This document shows positions 19,923 through 30,137 of a stretch of DNA of 63,906 nucleotides, in pieces. The notes under the pieces were generated by a model. The model was not told the origin of the DNA. It saw only the letters and a list, made by a program, of their open reading frames with translations, and searched no databases. A program made the translations under genes and the position numbers. Source of the DNA: a virus (Duplodnaviria; Caudoviricetes); IMG/VR virus record IMGVR_UViG_3300037325_000356, positions 1 to 63,906 of that record; one strand, written 5' to 3'. How positions within the stretch are numbered: position 1 is the stretch's first letter; each line of letters starts with the position of its first letter.

Positions 19923-20353
19923 TCTATTAGATTATCTACCTCTATCTGTTTGCTCGAATCGGTTGTAGTCAGTTCCATGATGTTTGTCGCTGTATCTTGC
20001 CATTGTTACTCCAACGAAAAACAATAAGCCGACCAACATTAACGTATCACCTGCTTTGGATAAGAATTTCATGATGCTTTTCTCTCTCTCTTTTGTTTGT
20101 TTTGGTTGAACGCCGACTTATTTATCGGCACCATCCGATCGTGCTGTGCACCTACTTCCTCAATATAGCAACAGGAACGGTTTATGTCAAGGGTTTGGGT
20201 CAAGATATTTTTACAGAGTTTTTAGGGGCTTCACGGCACTTTAAGAGTCAAAACGATAAAAGATACGCATCAAGACAGGAACGTGTTCTAGCGGCTAAAA
20301 TGTGGCCAGTCCTAAAGCGGACTGCATTGCAGAGACACCGCCCTTTAATTTTC

Positions 20354-20492
20354 AGAAGCGAGGTTAGAAGTCCTCACCGTTACTGTTGTGTCTGTCGTTT
20401 CTACCTTCTTACTATTAGTAAGAGATCCGAACGACAGACACATCAATTAGAACTCGCTTCTAGGTTGTGTTTTACCTGACTCTAGTATTCGG
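20354..20492 (+). repeat. Hairpin element copy 9
   Basis: Same nested palindrome. Confidence 0.95.
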
Positions 20493-20567
20493 GAATTTTA
20501 GGCGAGAATTGAAGGGGAAAAGTGCCACCCGTCCGCCCGTCCGCCCAAAGCCGATCGGTTAGGGTTC

Positions 20568-20875
20568 CGTTCAGACAGACTCAACCGTGAACTCATCTGA
20601 ACGGTTACAGGGAGGTGCGTTCAGGCGTTCAGACAATCGTTCAGAAAATTTAATGAGAGGCTTTTAGAGGCGTTCAGACACTCTGAACGTAAAAAATAAG
20701 GAGTAAACGATTATCGCCTCTAACCTGTACAGTGCGCGACGTTCAGACGTTCAGACAACCGTTCAGCCGTATTCAGCCGTGAACTCGTCTAAATGGGTAC
20801 AGTGCGCGAGGTTCAGGCGTTCAGACAAGCGTTCAGACTAGCGTTCAATACTCTGAACGCCTGAATAATCGAACA
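20568..20875 (+). repeat. GCGTTCAG array C
   Basis: Homologous to A; sits alone between element copies 9 and 10. Confidence 0.9.
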
Positions 20876-20913
20876 CCGCCCGATCGCCCGTCCGCCCCGC
20901 CCGGTCAATTTTC

Positions 20914-21058
20914 AGAAGCGAGTTCACAATTCCATCACCACCTTTACTGTAGAGTCTGTAGTTTAAGTTGTCTTACTATTAGTAAGAGATCCAAACGACA
21001 AACTCATCAGCTAGAACTCGCCTCTAGTCAGAACTTTACCTGACTCTAGTATTGAGGA
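20914..21058 (+). repeat. Hairpin element copy 10
   Basis: Same nested palindrome. Confidence 0.95.
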
Positions 21059-21298
21059 ATTTTAGGCGAGAATTGAAGGTGCGATCGCTCTGAGACTAAC
21101 GGCAAGAGAGAAAAGTTGGTAGACCTTGACAAGCTTTTTCCACGATCCATTTATGTGCATAGCGTGATTGTAATGAAGAAGCTAGCCCGATCGCCCGTTG
21201 GGAGCCCGCCCGATCGCCCGATCGGTTCCAACCGTCCGCCCGATCGCCCGATCGGTTCCAACCGTCCGCCCGCCCGATCGCCGCGGGCGTGATTCTTC

Positions 21299-21440
21299 AG
21301 AAGCGAGTTCACAATTCCATCACCACCTTTACTGTAGAGTCTGTGTTTTAATTTGTCTTACTATTAGTAAGAGATCGAAACGACAAACTCATCAGCTAGA
21401 ACTCGCCTCTAGTCAGCACTTTACCTGACTCTAGTATTCG
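21299..21440 (+). repeat. Hairpin element copy 11
   Basis: Same nested palindrome. Confidence 0.95.
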
Positions 21441-21503
21441 TGGATTTTGGCAAGAAAAAACCCGGTGATCGGGAGATCGCCGGGTTGTTTTAGGCTTTGG
21501 GAG

Positions 21504-22283
21504 CTACATCAAATCTCGAACAGTTTCAACCATCGACTCTACCCATTTGGTGTGTTGGTAGCTGGTGTTGTCTTCAAGCCGTCCAGTGGCAATCGTGTTG
21601 GAAGAATACGGTTTGCCCTTCTCTGTTGGCAAATAGGCGGGTTCAGTCTTGCCCTTGCTATGATTCTTTACCTGATACCCGTGGTGCGTCAACAGCGCGT
21701 TAATTACCCGTCCTGAGACTCCTAACCGATCGCCGATCGCCGTGGGAGTTAGCAGTATTTCTGCTATCGGGGTGTTGGCTGCTAGTAGCGAGTGCCCGGC
21801 ATTGACACTTTGCTTTAGTTCGGGATGATATCGTTGGACTTCATTTAGCAACATCCCATCAACTAGCGCGGCTGGTACGCTAGACATCGCCGATCGCAGC
21901 AAGTCTAAATGTGCCGTGGTTAATGCAGGTTGCTCGACTTGCGGGGCGATCGATACCGTCCCTTCAGTCATCAAGGTTTTAATCTGCTGGGACACCCACA
22001 CTCGGAATTTCACATTGCACCACGCCGCGAAGTCGATCGCCACTTCCTCAATTGCCCATGTCCCTTGTTTTTCAGGGATGCCTCCTTGATTTGTTTCCGT
22101 TACGGGGATTCCCGTAACGGAAACAAACTCTTCCAGGAAATCGATTGTACTGCTTAATCGGGTGTAGTCATTTACTTTTTTCCCTGTCGCCTTAGCCATA
22201 TCGGTTAGCGAAACCCAAACCCGATTGCCCCGCATCTCGAACCGAATATTCTTGCCAGCAAAGTCCAAAATTGTTAAGGTCAT
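21504..22283 (-). CDS. KilA-N domain antirepressor-like protein
   Basis: WVSLTDMAKATGK...QGTWAIEEVAIDFAAWC; C-terminal LTPTAIG..LG...YLPTEKG (KilAC-like). Confidence 0.9.
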   Translation of the reverse strand: MTLTILDFAGKNIRFEMRGNRVWVSLTDMAKATGKKVNDYTRLSSTIDFLEEFVSVTGIPVTETNQGGIPEKQGTWAIEEVAIDFAAWCNVKFRVWVSQQIKTLMTEGTVSIAPQVEQPALTTAHLDLLRSAMSSVPAALVDGMLLNEVQRYHPELKQSVNAGHSLLAANTPIAEILLTPTAIGDRLGVSGRVINALLTHHGYQVKNHSKGKTEPAYLPTEKGKPYSSNTIATGRLEDNTSYQHTKWVESMVETVRDLM

Positions 22284-22355
22284 CTTTTTTCTCTCTCTCG
22301 TTACTGTTTTTTCAGTCTACCACACACAAACACTTTATGTTAATGGTTTGTATTC

Positions 22356-22495
22356 AGAAGCGAGGTATCAATTCCTCATCGTTACTGTAGAGTCTGTCGT
22401 TTTTACCTTCTTACTATTAGTAAGAGATCCAAACGACAGACACAGCAACTAGCACCCGCTTCTATCCTCCCTTTTACCTGACTCTAGTATTGAGG
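22356..22495 (+). repeat. Hairpin element copy 12
   Basis: Same nested palindrome. Confidence 0.95.
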
Positions 22496-22543
22496 GATTT
22501 AGGCAAGAAAAAACCCGGCGATCGGGAGATCGTCGGGTGGTTT

Positions 22544-23608
22544 TCAGGTCAAGCAATCGCGGCCCCCGTCGGCTGTCTTTTTCGAGTTGCGGTGTGATTC
22601 TCTCTCGCATCGGATCAATTCCCGACAGATGGCGGCGGCTAGCGGTACAGCAACACCATTTCCAGCAACAAACCCGGTGATTATCTCGTTACCCATCAAG
22701 TAATAATCTGGCGCACCTTGCAAAGCCAAAAGACAGCGGCTTGATAGTTTATAACCTATCGCCTCCCCTAGCGGTTTGTTAAAATCTGATTGCATGACTA
22801 TCACGGGCCGCCATCCCCCCGATCGCAATCCCTCGCAAGCTCTGACTGTCGGAGATTGATCGTTATATTTGTGCACCCCAGGTTTATTGCAATCACTACC
22901 CGCTCCACCAACTAATAATGCAACATCATTAGGAGATATCAAGCCTTTATCTAATGCTTTACGAATTGCTTCTATTTGGTATGGTGCAAGTAGTTTTGTT
23001 TTACAATTGTGCACCCATCTTTCCAGACTCTGATACCATCCAACACGGCTAACAAAATGCCGATCGATATCAAATCGCTGCATTATATCCGGTTCCCGTG
23101 ATGCTATCAAAATAAATCGTTCTCTGTTTTGTGGCACTCCAAACTCTCTCGCGTTTATTGGGCTTGACCATACAGTGTATCTCGCTTTTTTGAGAGCGTC
23201 TAAAATCATCTGGAATGCCTTTGTTTTTTCGTAGGCTGGCACATTTTCTAACACGAAAAACCGAGGGCTCACTCTTTCAAAGGCTCTAACCGTGGCTGCT
23301 GCTAGTTCGCAGTCTAGATATAATGCCTCTGTTTTTGCTCCCTCTGAATTATGCCGCTTTGCACGGCTGCTATTTTTACACGGTGGTGATGCTTGCAACA
23401 TCCAAATATTCGTATAGTCTCCCCATTCATTGTCCGCCAGACTTCGGATGTCTCCATCTAAAATATCACATCCATGATTTAAATGATAAATTTTGGCTTT
23501 TTTGCTGTCTAATTCGATCGCACCCGCTGGAATTAAACCCGCTTGTTTTGCTCCTTCTGTGAACAATCCCCCGCCAGCAAATAGCGTTAATATTTTCCGA
23601 TCTGTCAT
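22544..23608 (-). CDS. DNA cytosine-5 methyltransferase
   Basis: Motifs LFAGGG, SPPC, ENV, QNRER, GNGV. Confidence 0.95.
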   Translation of the reverse strand: MTDRKILTLFAGGGLFTEGAKQAGLIPAGAIELDSKKAKIYHLNHGCDILDGDIRSLADNEWGDYTNIWMLQASPPCKNSSRAKRHNSEGAKTEALYLDCELAAATVRAFERVSPRFFVLENVPAYEKTKAFQMILDALKKARYTVWSSPINAREFGVPQNRERFILIASREPDIMQRFDIDRHFVSRVGWYQSLERWVHNCKTKLLAPYQIEAIRKALDKGLISPNDVALLVGGAGSDCNKPGVHKYNDQSPTVRACEGLRSGGWRPVIVMQSDFNKPLGEAIGYKLSSRCLLALQGAPDYYLMGNEIITGFVAGNGVAVPLAAAICRELIRCERESHRNSKKTADGGRDCLT

Positions 23609-23711
23609 CTCAACCTCTCTCCTTAACTTTTTTCTAGCTTAACACACATAAAGACTTTTCACCTACAACACACCCGTCAATTTGTGTTAAGAATTGACGG
23701 GTTTTTACGGT

Positions 23712-24350
23712 TTATTCTTCTTTGGGTTCGACTTCTTCTTCTTCTTCTTTGGGTTCGACTTCTTCTTCTTCTTCTTCTTCTTCTGCTTTGGGTTCGACTT
23801 TATCGCTACCGGGTATAAACAGCCTTTTTTCAATGTCTGGACAGAACTCGCGATAGATATTTAACCGCAGCGCGATCGCCGATTGAAACAGATTATCAGG
23901 GATGATCAACTGTCCGTCTTCAAATGAAACTAGACCTTGGAAATCGCAATCACTCAGGCAAAAGTAACTGAAAAAGTTATGTTTACGATCAGGAGTGCTA
24001 GAGCCTAACACGAGATTTACTCGAACATTTAGGGAGTCGAGATGGTTCGCAATTAGCACTAGCAAACATTGCTCAACAGTGAAATCCTCAATTTGGAGAC
24101 ACCGCCCCACCTGTAACCAGAAATCAGAAACTTTGTTAAATCCTACTGCAAGGCGGCGGAATTGCTCGTTTGTTGGATCTTGGTTGCCCAAAACTTTTAA
24201 GGCTTCAGGCGGCAAGTGATCGGCAAGTTCAAAGGATTTCATGCAAACACTATTGTTAAAAGCTAGACGCTCTGCAATAGTCCATCGCTTGCTGATGCTT
24301 GCACTTTTGGGCTCTTGTGTTTGGTAGTACGGATTGATTGATCGTGTCAT
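23712..24350 (-). CDS. Hypothetical protein with acidic repeat tail
   Basis: VEPKEEEEE repeats; TTGACA promoter near 24411. Confidence 0.7.
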   Translation of the reverse strand: MTRSINPYYQTQEPKSASISKRWTIAERLAFNNSVCMKSFELADHLPPEALKVLGNQDPTNEQFRRLAVGFNKVSDFWLQVGRCLQIEDFTVEQCLLVLIANHLDSLNVRVNLVLGSSTPDRKHNFFSYFCLSDCDFQGLVSFEDGQLIIPDNLFQSAIALRLNIYREFCPDIEKRLFIPGSDKVEPKAEEEEEEEEVEPKEEEEEVEPKEE

Positions 24351-24437
24351 TTTTTTTTCTTTGGCTAACTTTGCTTGGCTTTGTTTATCCTAACTTACAC
24401 ATACCGTTTATGTCAATGGTATGTGTAGACATTTTTT

Positions 24438-24857
24438 TTAGTCTCCCTTTCTGTACGCTTCCCAAGCTGCCCGACTTTTAGCATACTCAAGTTTATATTT
24501 ACGACCCCATGAACAGTTATCCTCTGTGACTGGAAATTCAATGTCGTTGTGAATGTCTCGCAAATAAAGCCGCTTTGCTGTTACCCGAAAAATCACATAA
24601 TTTTGAGAGAAACTACAAACCGGGTGAGGAAGTCTTTTATTCCATTCACGCTTCTTTGCGAGTTCGATTGTTAGCTTTTTCTGTTTGATAAGCCCTACCT
24701 TTCCAGAATATCCACCTGACAAAGCTCTCTGTCTTTCTCGTGTTGCCTCGATCCGTTCCTGTAAATTGGTTAATTCAGTGAAAGACGCTTTTAATTCAGC
24801 CTCTAACTCTGCTAACTCAGCTTCTAACCGTTTAACCTCTGTCTGTACTTCCGTCAT
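24438..24857 (-). CDS. Hypothetical coiled-coil protein
   Basis: Own TTGACA promoter near 24908. Confidence 0.7.
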   Translation of the reverse strand: MTEVQTEVKRLEAELAELEAELKASFTELTNLQERIEATRERQRALSGGYSGKVGLIKQKKLTIELAKKREWNKRLPHPVCSFSQNYVIFRVTAKRLYLRDIHNDIEFPVTEDNCSWGRKYKLEYAKSRAAWEAYRKGD

Positions 24858-24985
24858 CTTTTTTTTGTCTATTGGTTCTTTACAACCTACCATACATAAA
24901 CTATTTATGTCAATGGGATGTGTAAAATATTTTGAAACAGGCTCTAACCGCCCGGTCGTTTGGACTTTTTTACGACTAAAACCGT

Positions 24986-25126
24986 GAATACTAGAGTCGG
25001 GTAAAAGGTAGACTAGAAGCGAGTTCTAGTTGCTGTGTCTGTCGTTTGGATCTCTTACTAATAGTAAGAAGGTAGAAACGACAGACTCAACAGTAAAGGT
25101 GAAGAGGAAATTGTGAACTCGCTTCT
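24986..25126 (-). repeat. Hairpin element copy 13 (inverted)
   Basis: GGATCTCTTACTAATAGTAAG core. Confidence 0.95.
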
Positions 25127-25196
25127 GTCTTGACTGATCGGGCGGGGCGATCGGGCGATCGGGCGATCGTCCTATCACCGGCGATCGTCCTATCAC

Positions 25197-25300
25197 CGCG
25201 ATCGCATCTTCTATATTCCACCGCAAACCTCCCAATACTGCCATTCTTTGAGGCCTTAAAGCCCTGTTAGTCACAGTTCCCATCAAACGTACCAACACCC
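25197..25300 (-). repeat. Linker repeat L3 (also 26172-26275, 36945-37050, 45127-45222; partial 2426-2465)
   Basis: GATCGCATCT.CTATATTCCACCG...TTTGAGGC.TTAAAGCCCTGTTAGTC...AAACGTACC near element left ends. Confidence 0.85.
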
Positions 25301-25402
25301 GCCAGATAGTCGCCTATAGACGGATACTAATCGATTAGAGGATTGTCTCGGCAAGGCAGACGCCGAACCAGTGACGGTCTTTCTAAAAATACTTTTCAAA
25401 CT

Positions 25403-25436
25403 TTCCGGTAAAAAGGGTTTATGTGTGGTAGTATCA
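25403..25436 (+). promoter_or_regulatory. Repeated non-TTGACA promoter motif (also ~26326, ~27481, ~36862-36895 minus, variant ~30051)
   Basis: TT(T/C)CCGGTAAAAAGGGTTT.TGT.TGGTAG(T/G)(A/C)T upstream of single genes. Confidence 0.65.
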
Positions 25437-25517
25437 AATAAGCGAACACAAAACACTCGCTCAAAACCGGGCGGGGCCTTCACCCGCCCAAACAAACACA
25501 AAACGAGAGAGAAAAAA

Positions 25518-25946
25518 ATGTCTGCAATTCTAGAAGCTAACACCTATTTCACTAAAGGCAGCGGCAATGTCACCCTTTGCGGATCGACTAAGTTTTTCGC
25601 TCAATGTATGGAGGCTAATCGACGTTTGACGTTCCAGAATTGGATCGTGTTGATGTGTGGGAGCTGGGGTCATTCCTATCACAAAGATTCTAACGAGCAA
25701 GATCGAGATTACAGCAGCGTTAAATTGTTGCATTTTCACAAGATGCTAATGAGTGATGTGATCGTAATCGTTAGTGACCAAACAGGATATATAGGCGACA
25801 GCACCAAGAAAGAGATCGCTTTTTGTCAGGAGGAAAAGATCCCGATGTTTCACTTTGACGGTGACGTTTTTAGCGGTTCGCAAAGAATACTAAGATTGCC
25901 GGATCGTTATACCTGCACATCTTTCTTAGATGGAGTTTTAGACTAG
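25518..25946 (+). CDS. Nucleoside deoxyribosyltransferase-like fold protein
   Basis: VTLCGSTKF...HFHKMLMSDVIVIV...GYIGDSTKKEIAF. Confidence 0.55.
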   Translation: MSAILEANTYFTKGSGNVTLCGSTKFFAQCMEANRRLTFQNWIVLMCGSWGHSYHKDSNEQDRDYSSVKLLHFHKMLMSDVIVIVSDQTGYIGDSTKKEIAFCQEEKIPMFHFDGDVFSGSQRILRLPDRYTCTSFLDGVLD

Positions 25947-26013
25947 ATCACCAACCGCCCCGATCGCCCGTAATGAACCCGCCCCGCGCGGGTTTTTTCT
26001 TTCCCAAAAGCCG

Positions 26014-26151
26014 CCAATACATGAGTCAGGTATAATGCTGACTAGAAGCGAGTTCTAGTTGCTGTGTCTGTCGTTTGGATCTCTTACTAATAGTAAGAAG
26101 GTACAAACGACAGACACAACAGTAACGATGAGGAATTGTGAACTCGCTTCT
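26014..26151 (-). repeat. Hairpin element copy 14 (inverted)
   Basis: Same core. Confidence 0.95.
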
Positions 26152-26396
26152 GTCTTGACCGATCGGGCGGGCGATCGCATCTCCTATATTCCACCGGAAC
26201 CATCAGTAGCGCCATTCTTTGAGGCATTAAAGCCCTGTTAGTCACAGTTCCCATCAAACGTACCGACACCCGCCCGATCGCACGGAAAGAGTTCCTTGTC
26301 TTGACCGGAAAAATCTTTTTCAAACTTCCCGGTAAAAAGGGTTTCTGTATGGTAGGATTAGATAGCGAGCAAAAAACAAACGAAAGAGAGAGTAAA

Positions 26397-26783
26397 ATGA
26401 CAATTCAAGCAACAAACGTCAAACCGATCAAAAAGACTGAATTAGCAGATGCTAAATTGCGCCGAAAAGAAATCGAAGCGGCGATCGTAGCAATCGCAGG
26501 TGTATGCGACGGCGCGCACAGTCCAGACGGTATCGGGTTTAACGGCTCCGATACAATGTTTGGGAAGTCGTTAGCCTCTCAAATTTCAAAACAGAACAGA
26601 AAGCTGACATACAAACAGGCTTATATGGCGGTTAAGATGCTGAAGAAATACAGCAAACAAATACTAGCAGCAGGTTGTATCGTTCCGACTGATTCCGATT
26701 TGCAAGCCGCCTACCCTAGCGATTATGCCGGGCTCGTGAAAGCATCTGATCCGGATACTGCGACAATGGAATGCGGCTTTTAA
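26397..26783 (+). CDS. Hypothetical protein (CDGA..DGIGFN motif)
   Basis: Promoter, GA-rich leader and terminator are all present. Confidence 0.7.
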   Translation: MTIQATNVKPIKKTELADAKLRRKEIEAAIVAIAGVCDGAHSPDGIGFNGSDTMFGKSLASQISKQNRKLTYKQAYMAVKMLKKYSKQILAAGCIVPTDSDLQAAYPSDYAGLVKASDPDTATMECGF

Positions 26784-26882
26784 ACCATCTGCAATGCAGA
26801 AAAACCCGGTAATTTTCATTACCGGGTTTTTTATGTGAATTTTAATTATTGTATACTTAAGTTGTATCTTTGTCTAAAAATC

Positions 26883-27407
26883 ATGGAACAAATAATAGAA
26901 GCGATTGGCCGAGCTTTTGAAAGAATTGTAAACACGGTGGACTCTGCCAAAAAGTTATTAGTAGTAGTTACATTGTGTTTTTTAGTGTCTTCTTTCTATC
27001 TTGTTTATAGGCTTAGTAAATCTCAAGAATTAATCGCATCAGTAGTTGAGCCGCGTATTGAATATATAAGCGGCCCGTGTTACTTTCAAAGGATCAGAGG
27101 CAGTTCTAAAGCCGTGGCTATTCAATTTCCACTACCTGACGATTTAGTTAAACTCGGAGTTATACAGAGTGTATCGGCTTTATTAGTCAGGAAAGACCTT
27201 TCACCTACAGAGTTTTCTAACCTCTGCACAAAATTAGTCAGGGAAATTTTAGATCCTAGCGTTAAGTCGCAATTATTGAAACAATCGCCCGACGCTAAGC
27301 AATGGGAGAGGAGACTGCAAGAATTTTACAGAGAATTAGACCACTTGCCATCAACTACTATGTTACCCCCCGTGCTTCAGCCTTTACGATCCCCTTCAAT
27401 ACCTTAG
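26883..27407 (+). CDS. Single-pass membrane protein
   Basis: Hydrophobic LLVVVTLCFLVSSFYLVY. Confidence 0.65.
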   Translation: MEQIIEAIGRAFERIVNTVDSAKKLLVVVTLCFLVSSFYLVYRLSKSQELIASVVEPRIEYISGPCYFQRIRGSSKAVAIQFPLPDDLVKLGVIQSVSALLVRKDLSPTEFSNLCTKLVREILDPSVKSQLLKQSPDAKQWERRLQEFYRELDHLPSTTMLPPVLQPLRSPSIP

Positions 27408-27541
27408 AGATTTCTGACAGTCAGACAGCGGGCGGGTTCCGGCGCGCTGCCTTGACTCTTTCTAAAAATACTTTTAAAACTTCCCGGTAAAAAGGGTTTA
27501 TGTGTGGTAGTATTAAATAGCGAGCAAAAATCAGACTAAAA

Positions 27542-28414
27542 ATGAAAAACGCAAAAATCACTCAAACCTACAGCACCACGCAAAATACAACGACTACAAC
27601 AGTGACAACGACAATCGGCGAAAACGTAATGACAGAAAGCTTTACAGTTGATTCTTGCGAAACATTGTTAGGTTTTCAAGTCAGAACGTTAATTGAAGAT
27701 TGCGTCATCCCCGCAAATATCGGCTCCAAAATGACAGCTACAGCATTGAAAAGAATCTACAAAATCCCTAGTGTAGGTGGTTACAGTGAGGCGGTACGTT
27801 GGATTTTAGCACTGACTGAAGCGGCGAAAACACCCGCTACTAAAGCTAAAGAAGCAGCCAAACTAGCACAACTAGAAGCGGATAGAATCGCAGCCATCCC
27901 TACATCATCACAAACCCGGTTTGGTTTCGATTGCGCGGCCTTGTTCATCCCCGACAATTTAGACGACTACGGCTTTGAAAAAGCTCTCGAACTCTACAAC
28001 TGGATTAAAGATAATAACAATACTCAATATGATGGGATCGCAGCGATGCTAAACGAATATTTCAAATTTACACCCGCTGTTGAAATCGATGTTGAAATCG
28101 CTGTTGTAGTCGATGTTGAAATCGATCGTTCTCCCTTGACAATAGAAGAACAAGCAGCACAAGCCGCGGTCAAAGAATTTTATCAGTCTAACGAGTTGAA
28201 CCGTCAAATTTTGATTAGTGTACTAAAAAGCGATCCGTTGTCTGAAGTCGGATTTTGTAAGCAGATAGGTACTACTAAAGGCACGGCAGCTGCACGAGTC
28301 CGTCATCTTCTCGCCGCGGCTAAAGTACCTAAAGGTCAAACAGAAGTAAATCATCTTAAGCGCTTAACGGGCTATCGAATCTCGACACAGGGCGGCTGGA
28401 AGAAAACAATCTGA
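27542..28414 (+). CDS. Hypothetical protein
   Basis: 290-aa ORF with promoter and terminator. Confidence 0.75.
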   Translation: MKNAKITQTYSTTQNTTTTTVTTTIGENVMTESFTVDSCETLLGFQVRTLIEDCVIPANIGSKMTATALKRIYKIPSVGGYSEAVRWILALTEAAKTPATKAKEAAKLAQLEADRIAAIPTSSQTRFGFDCAALFIPDNLDDYGFEKALELYNWIKDNNNTQYDGIAAMLNEYFKFTPAVEIDVEIAVVVDVEIDRSPLTIEEQAAQAAVKEFYQSNELNRQILISVLKSDPLSEVGFCKQIGTTKGTAAARVRHLLAAAKVPKGQTEVNHLKRLTGYRISTQGGWKKTI

Positions 28415-28491
28415 GAACGATCAGCGCGGGTTCTTCCCCGCTGCCGTCTAACCGTCAACCCGGCAATTCAACAGGAATTGCCGGGTTTTTT

Positions 28492-28758
28492 TTAGAACCA
28501 AAGATCGCCTACTTGTTCGAGAGGACGATCGGCGGCTACTAAATCTCTAAGACTTTTTCGATGATGCTGCCTATGCACGGCCGCGCTTCTACAAACTTCT
28601 AGATTGTCGGGATCGTTGTTTTCTGAATTGCCGTCTATGTGATGTACGACTTCACCCTTGAAAAGTTCTCTACCTAGCTGTTTTGCTGCGATTACGCGGT
28701 GCAAATAAACTTTGTGATATCTTGCACGTTTTCGACCTATACCCGCCTCGCTCTTCAT
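28492..28758 (-). CDS. HNH endonuclease
   Basis: YLHRVIA...EVVHHIDGNSENNDPDNLEV...HRQHH. Confidence 0.9.
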   Translation of the reverse strand: MKSEAGIGRKRARYHKVYLHRVIAAKQLGRELFKGEVVHHIDGNSENNDPDNLEVCRSAAVHRQHHRKSLRDLVAADRPLEQVGDLWF

Positions 28759-28933
28759 TTTTCTTCCCTCTTTTTATTGCCGTCAGGATCAAATTTGATT
28801 GAAGAATCGGCCGTTTCTTCTGTCAAGAAATCGAAACTGTCCTGATCTAGCATATCAGAGACAACTCTTTTGATGTTGTGGAGAATCTGTTTTGTTTTCA
28901 AAATAAAAGGCCTCTCTTTGAAATACTCACCGT

Positions 28934-29112
28934 CCTAAATAGAGCGGCGCGGGTTCTAGGTTTCAATCCCTAATAGGGTTTTAGTTTGATTGCGGCTACC
29001 TTCAACTATTATGATGATAGGCAAGATGGAGTTTCAATCCCTAATAGGGTTTTAGGTTAGGGGCCGCCCTAAATAGAGCGGCGCGGCTTCTGTCATTTCA
29101 ATCCCTAAGAGG
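28934..29112 (-). CRISPR. Cas-less mini CRISPR-like array (one full and two degenerate repeats)
   Basis: 37-nt repeat at 28960-28996 (minus strand GCCGCAATCAAACTAAAACCCTATTAGGGATTGAAAC), 34-nt spacer at 28997-29030, partial repeats at 29031 and 29095. Confidence 0.75.
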
Positions 29113-29599
29113 CTTCTGTACTCAGCATCCAAACGGCTTTTGTACTCAGATCAGAAATGTTTGTTTCATCAGAGGCGGGTAATGAAAGTGCGCTGTTAAT
29201 CACTAGATAGCGGTGCAAAGCTTGCGACTGTTCGAGATTTAGCATATCTGCCAGCACGATCGATTGATACATTGCATGGCTGGCACGGGTAAATTCGATC
29301 GGGATCAATTTGTTATTTCGTTGATATTCAACCCAGCCATCAATCACAGACAGAGTGATTTTTTCAGGTTTGAAGCAATAGTCGGGACGCTGTACAGAGT
29401 CACAAAAATCGGAGAACTCGACAGCTTTTGTGTTTTTGGCGATCGCCCGTTCGTAGTCTTCTGTTGCTTCTTCTAATGCTGCTGTCAAATCTTCTAGTCG
29501 GAGCTTGAAATCTTTGACTGCCCTTGCTGTAGCGCTTACCATCACCGCCGCGGTTGCTTCTAATTCTGTGACTTCTTCTTGGAATTTGACGGTTTTCAT
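29105..29599 (-). CDS. Hypothetical protein directly upstream of the mini-array
   Basis: TTGACA promoter near 29659 and GA-rich leader; the stop codon lies inside the first degenerate repeat. Confidence 0.7.
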   Translation of the reverse strand: MKTVKFQEEVTELEATAAVMVSATARAVKDFKLRLEDLTAALEEATEDYERAIAKNTKAVEFSDFCDSVQRPDYCFKPEKITLSVIDGWVEYQRNNKLIPIEFTRASHAMYQSIVLADMLNLEQSQALHRYLVINSALSLPASDETNISDLSTKAVWMLSTEAS

Positions 29600-29863
29600 T
29601 TTTTGTCTCTCTCTCGTTTTCTTTGACTTCTAAAGACTAGCAGACATCAATAGTATCTGTCAAGGGTTTTGATAAAATACTTTTAAGATTGGCTAGAACG
29701 GCTTAAGGGCAAGGCTTTTAGAAAAAAATCAACCGATAGCAGGACTCATCATTAAGACTTGCCACCTACAGCGCGTGATATTGTGGCAAACGTATTGTCT
29801 GGCAGTCAAACATTTTTACTACAATCGTACTATGCACATAGCTAGAACCTAGCAAAAATGCTT

Positions 29864-30012
29864 AGAAGCGAGGTATCAATTCCTCACCTTTACTGTAGAG
29901 TCTGTCGTTTGTACCTTCTTACTATTAGTAAGAGATCCAAACGACAGACACAACAGGTAGGACTCGCTTCTAGTCTCCCTTTTACCTGACTCAATACATG
30001 AGTCAGGTTTTT
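29864..30012 (+). repeat. Hairpin element copy 15
   Basis: Same nested palindrome and tail. Confidence 0.95.
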
Positions 30013-30137
30013 GGTAAAATCCCGGTGCTCTTGAAAACTATTTTTAGAACTTCCCGGATATAAACCCTTTGCGCGGTAAGCTATATTAAGCGAGACAAAC
30101 ACACTCGCACTAAAAGACAACCCAAAGACAAAACAAG

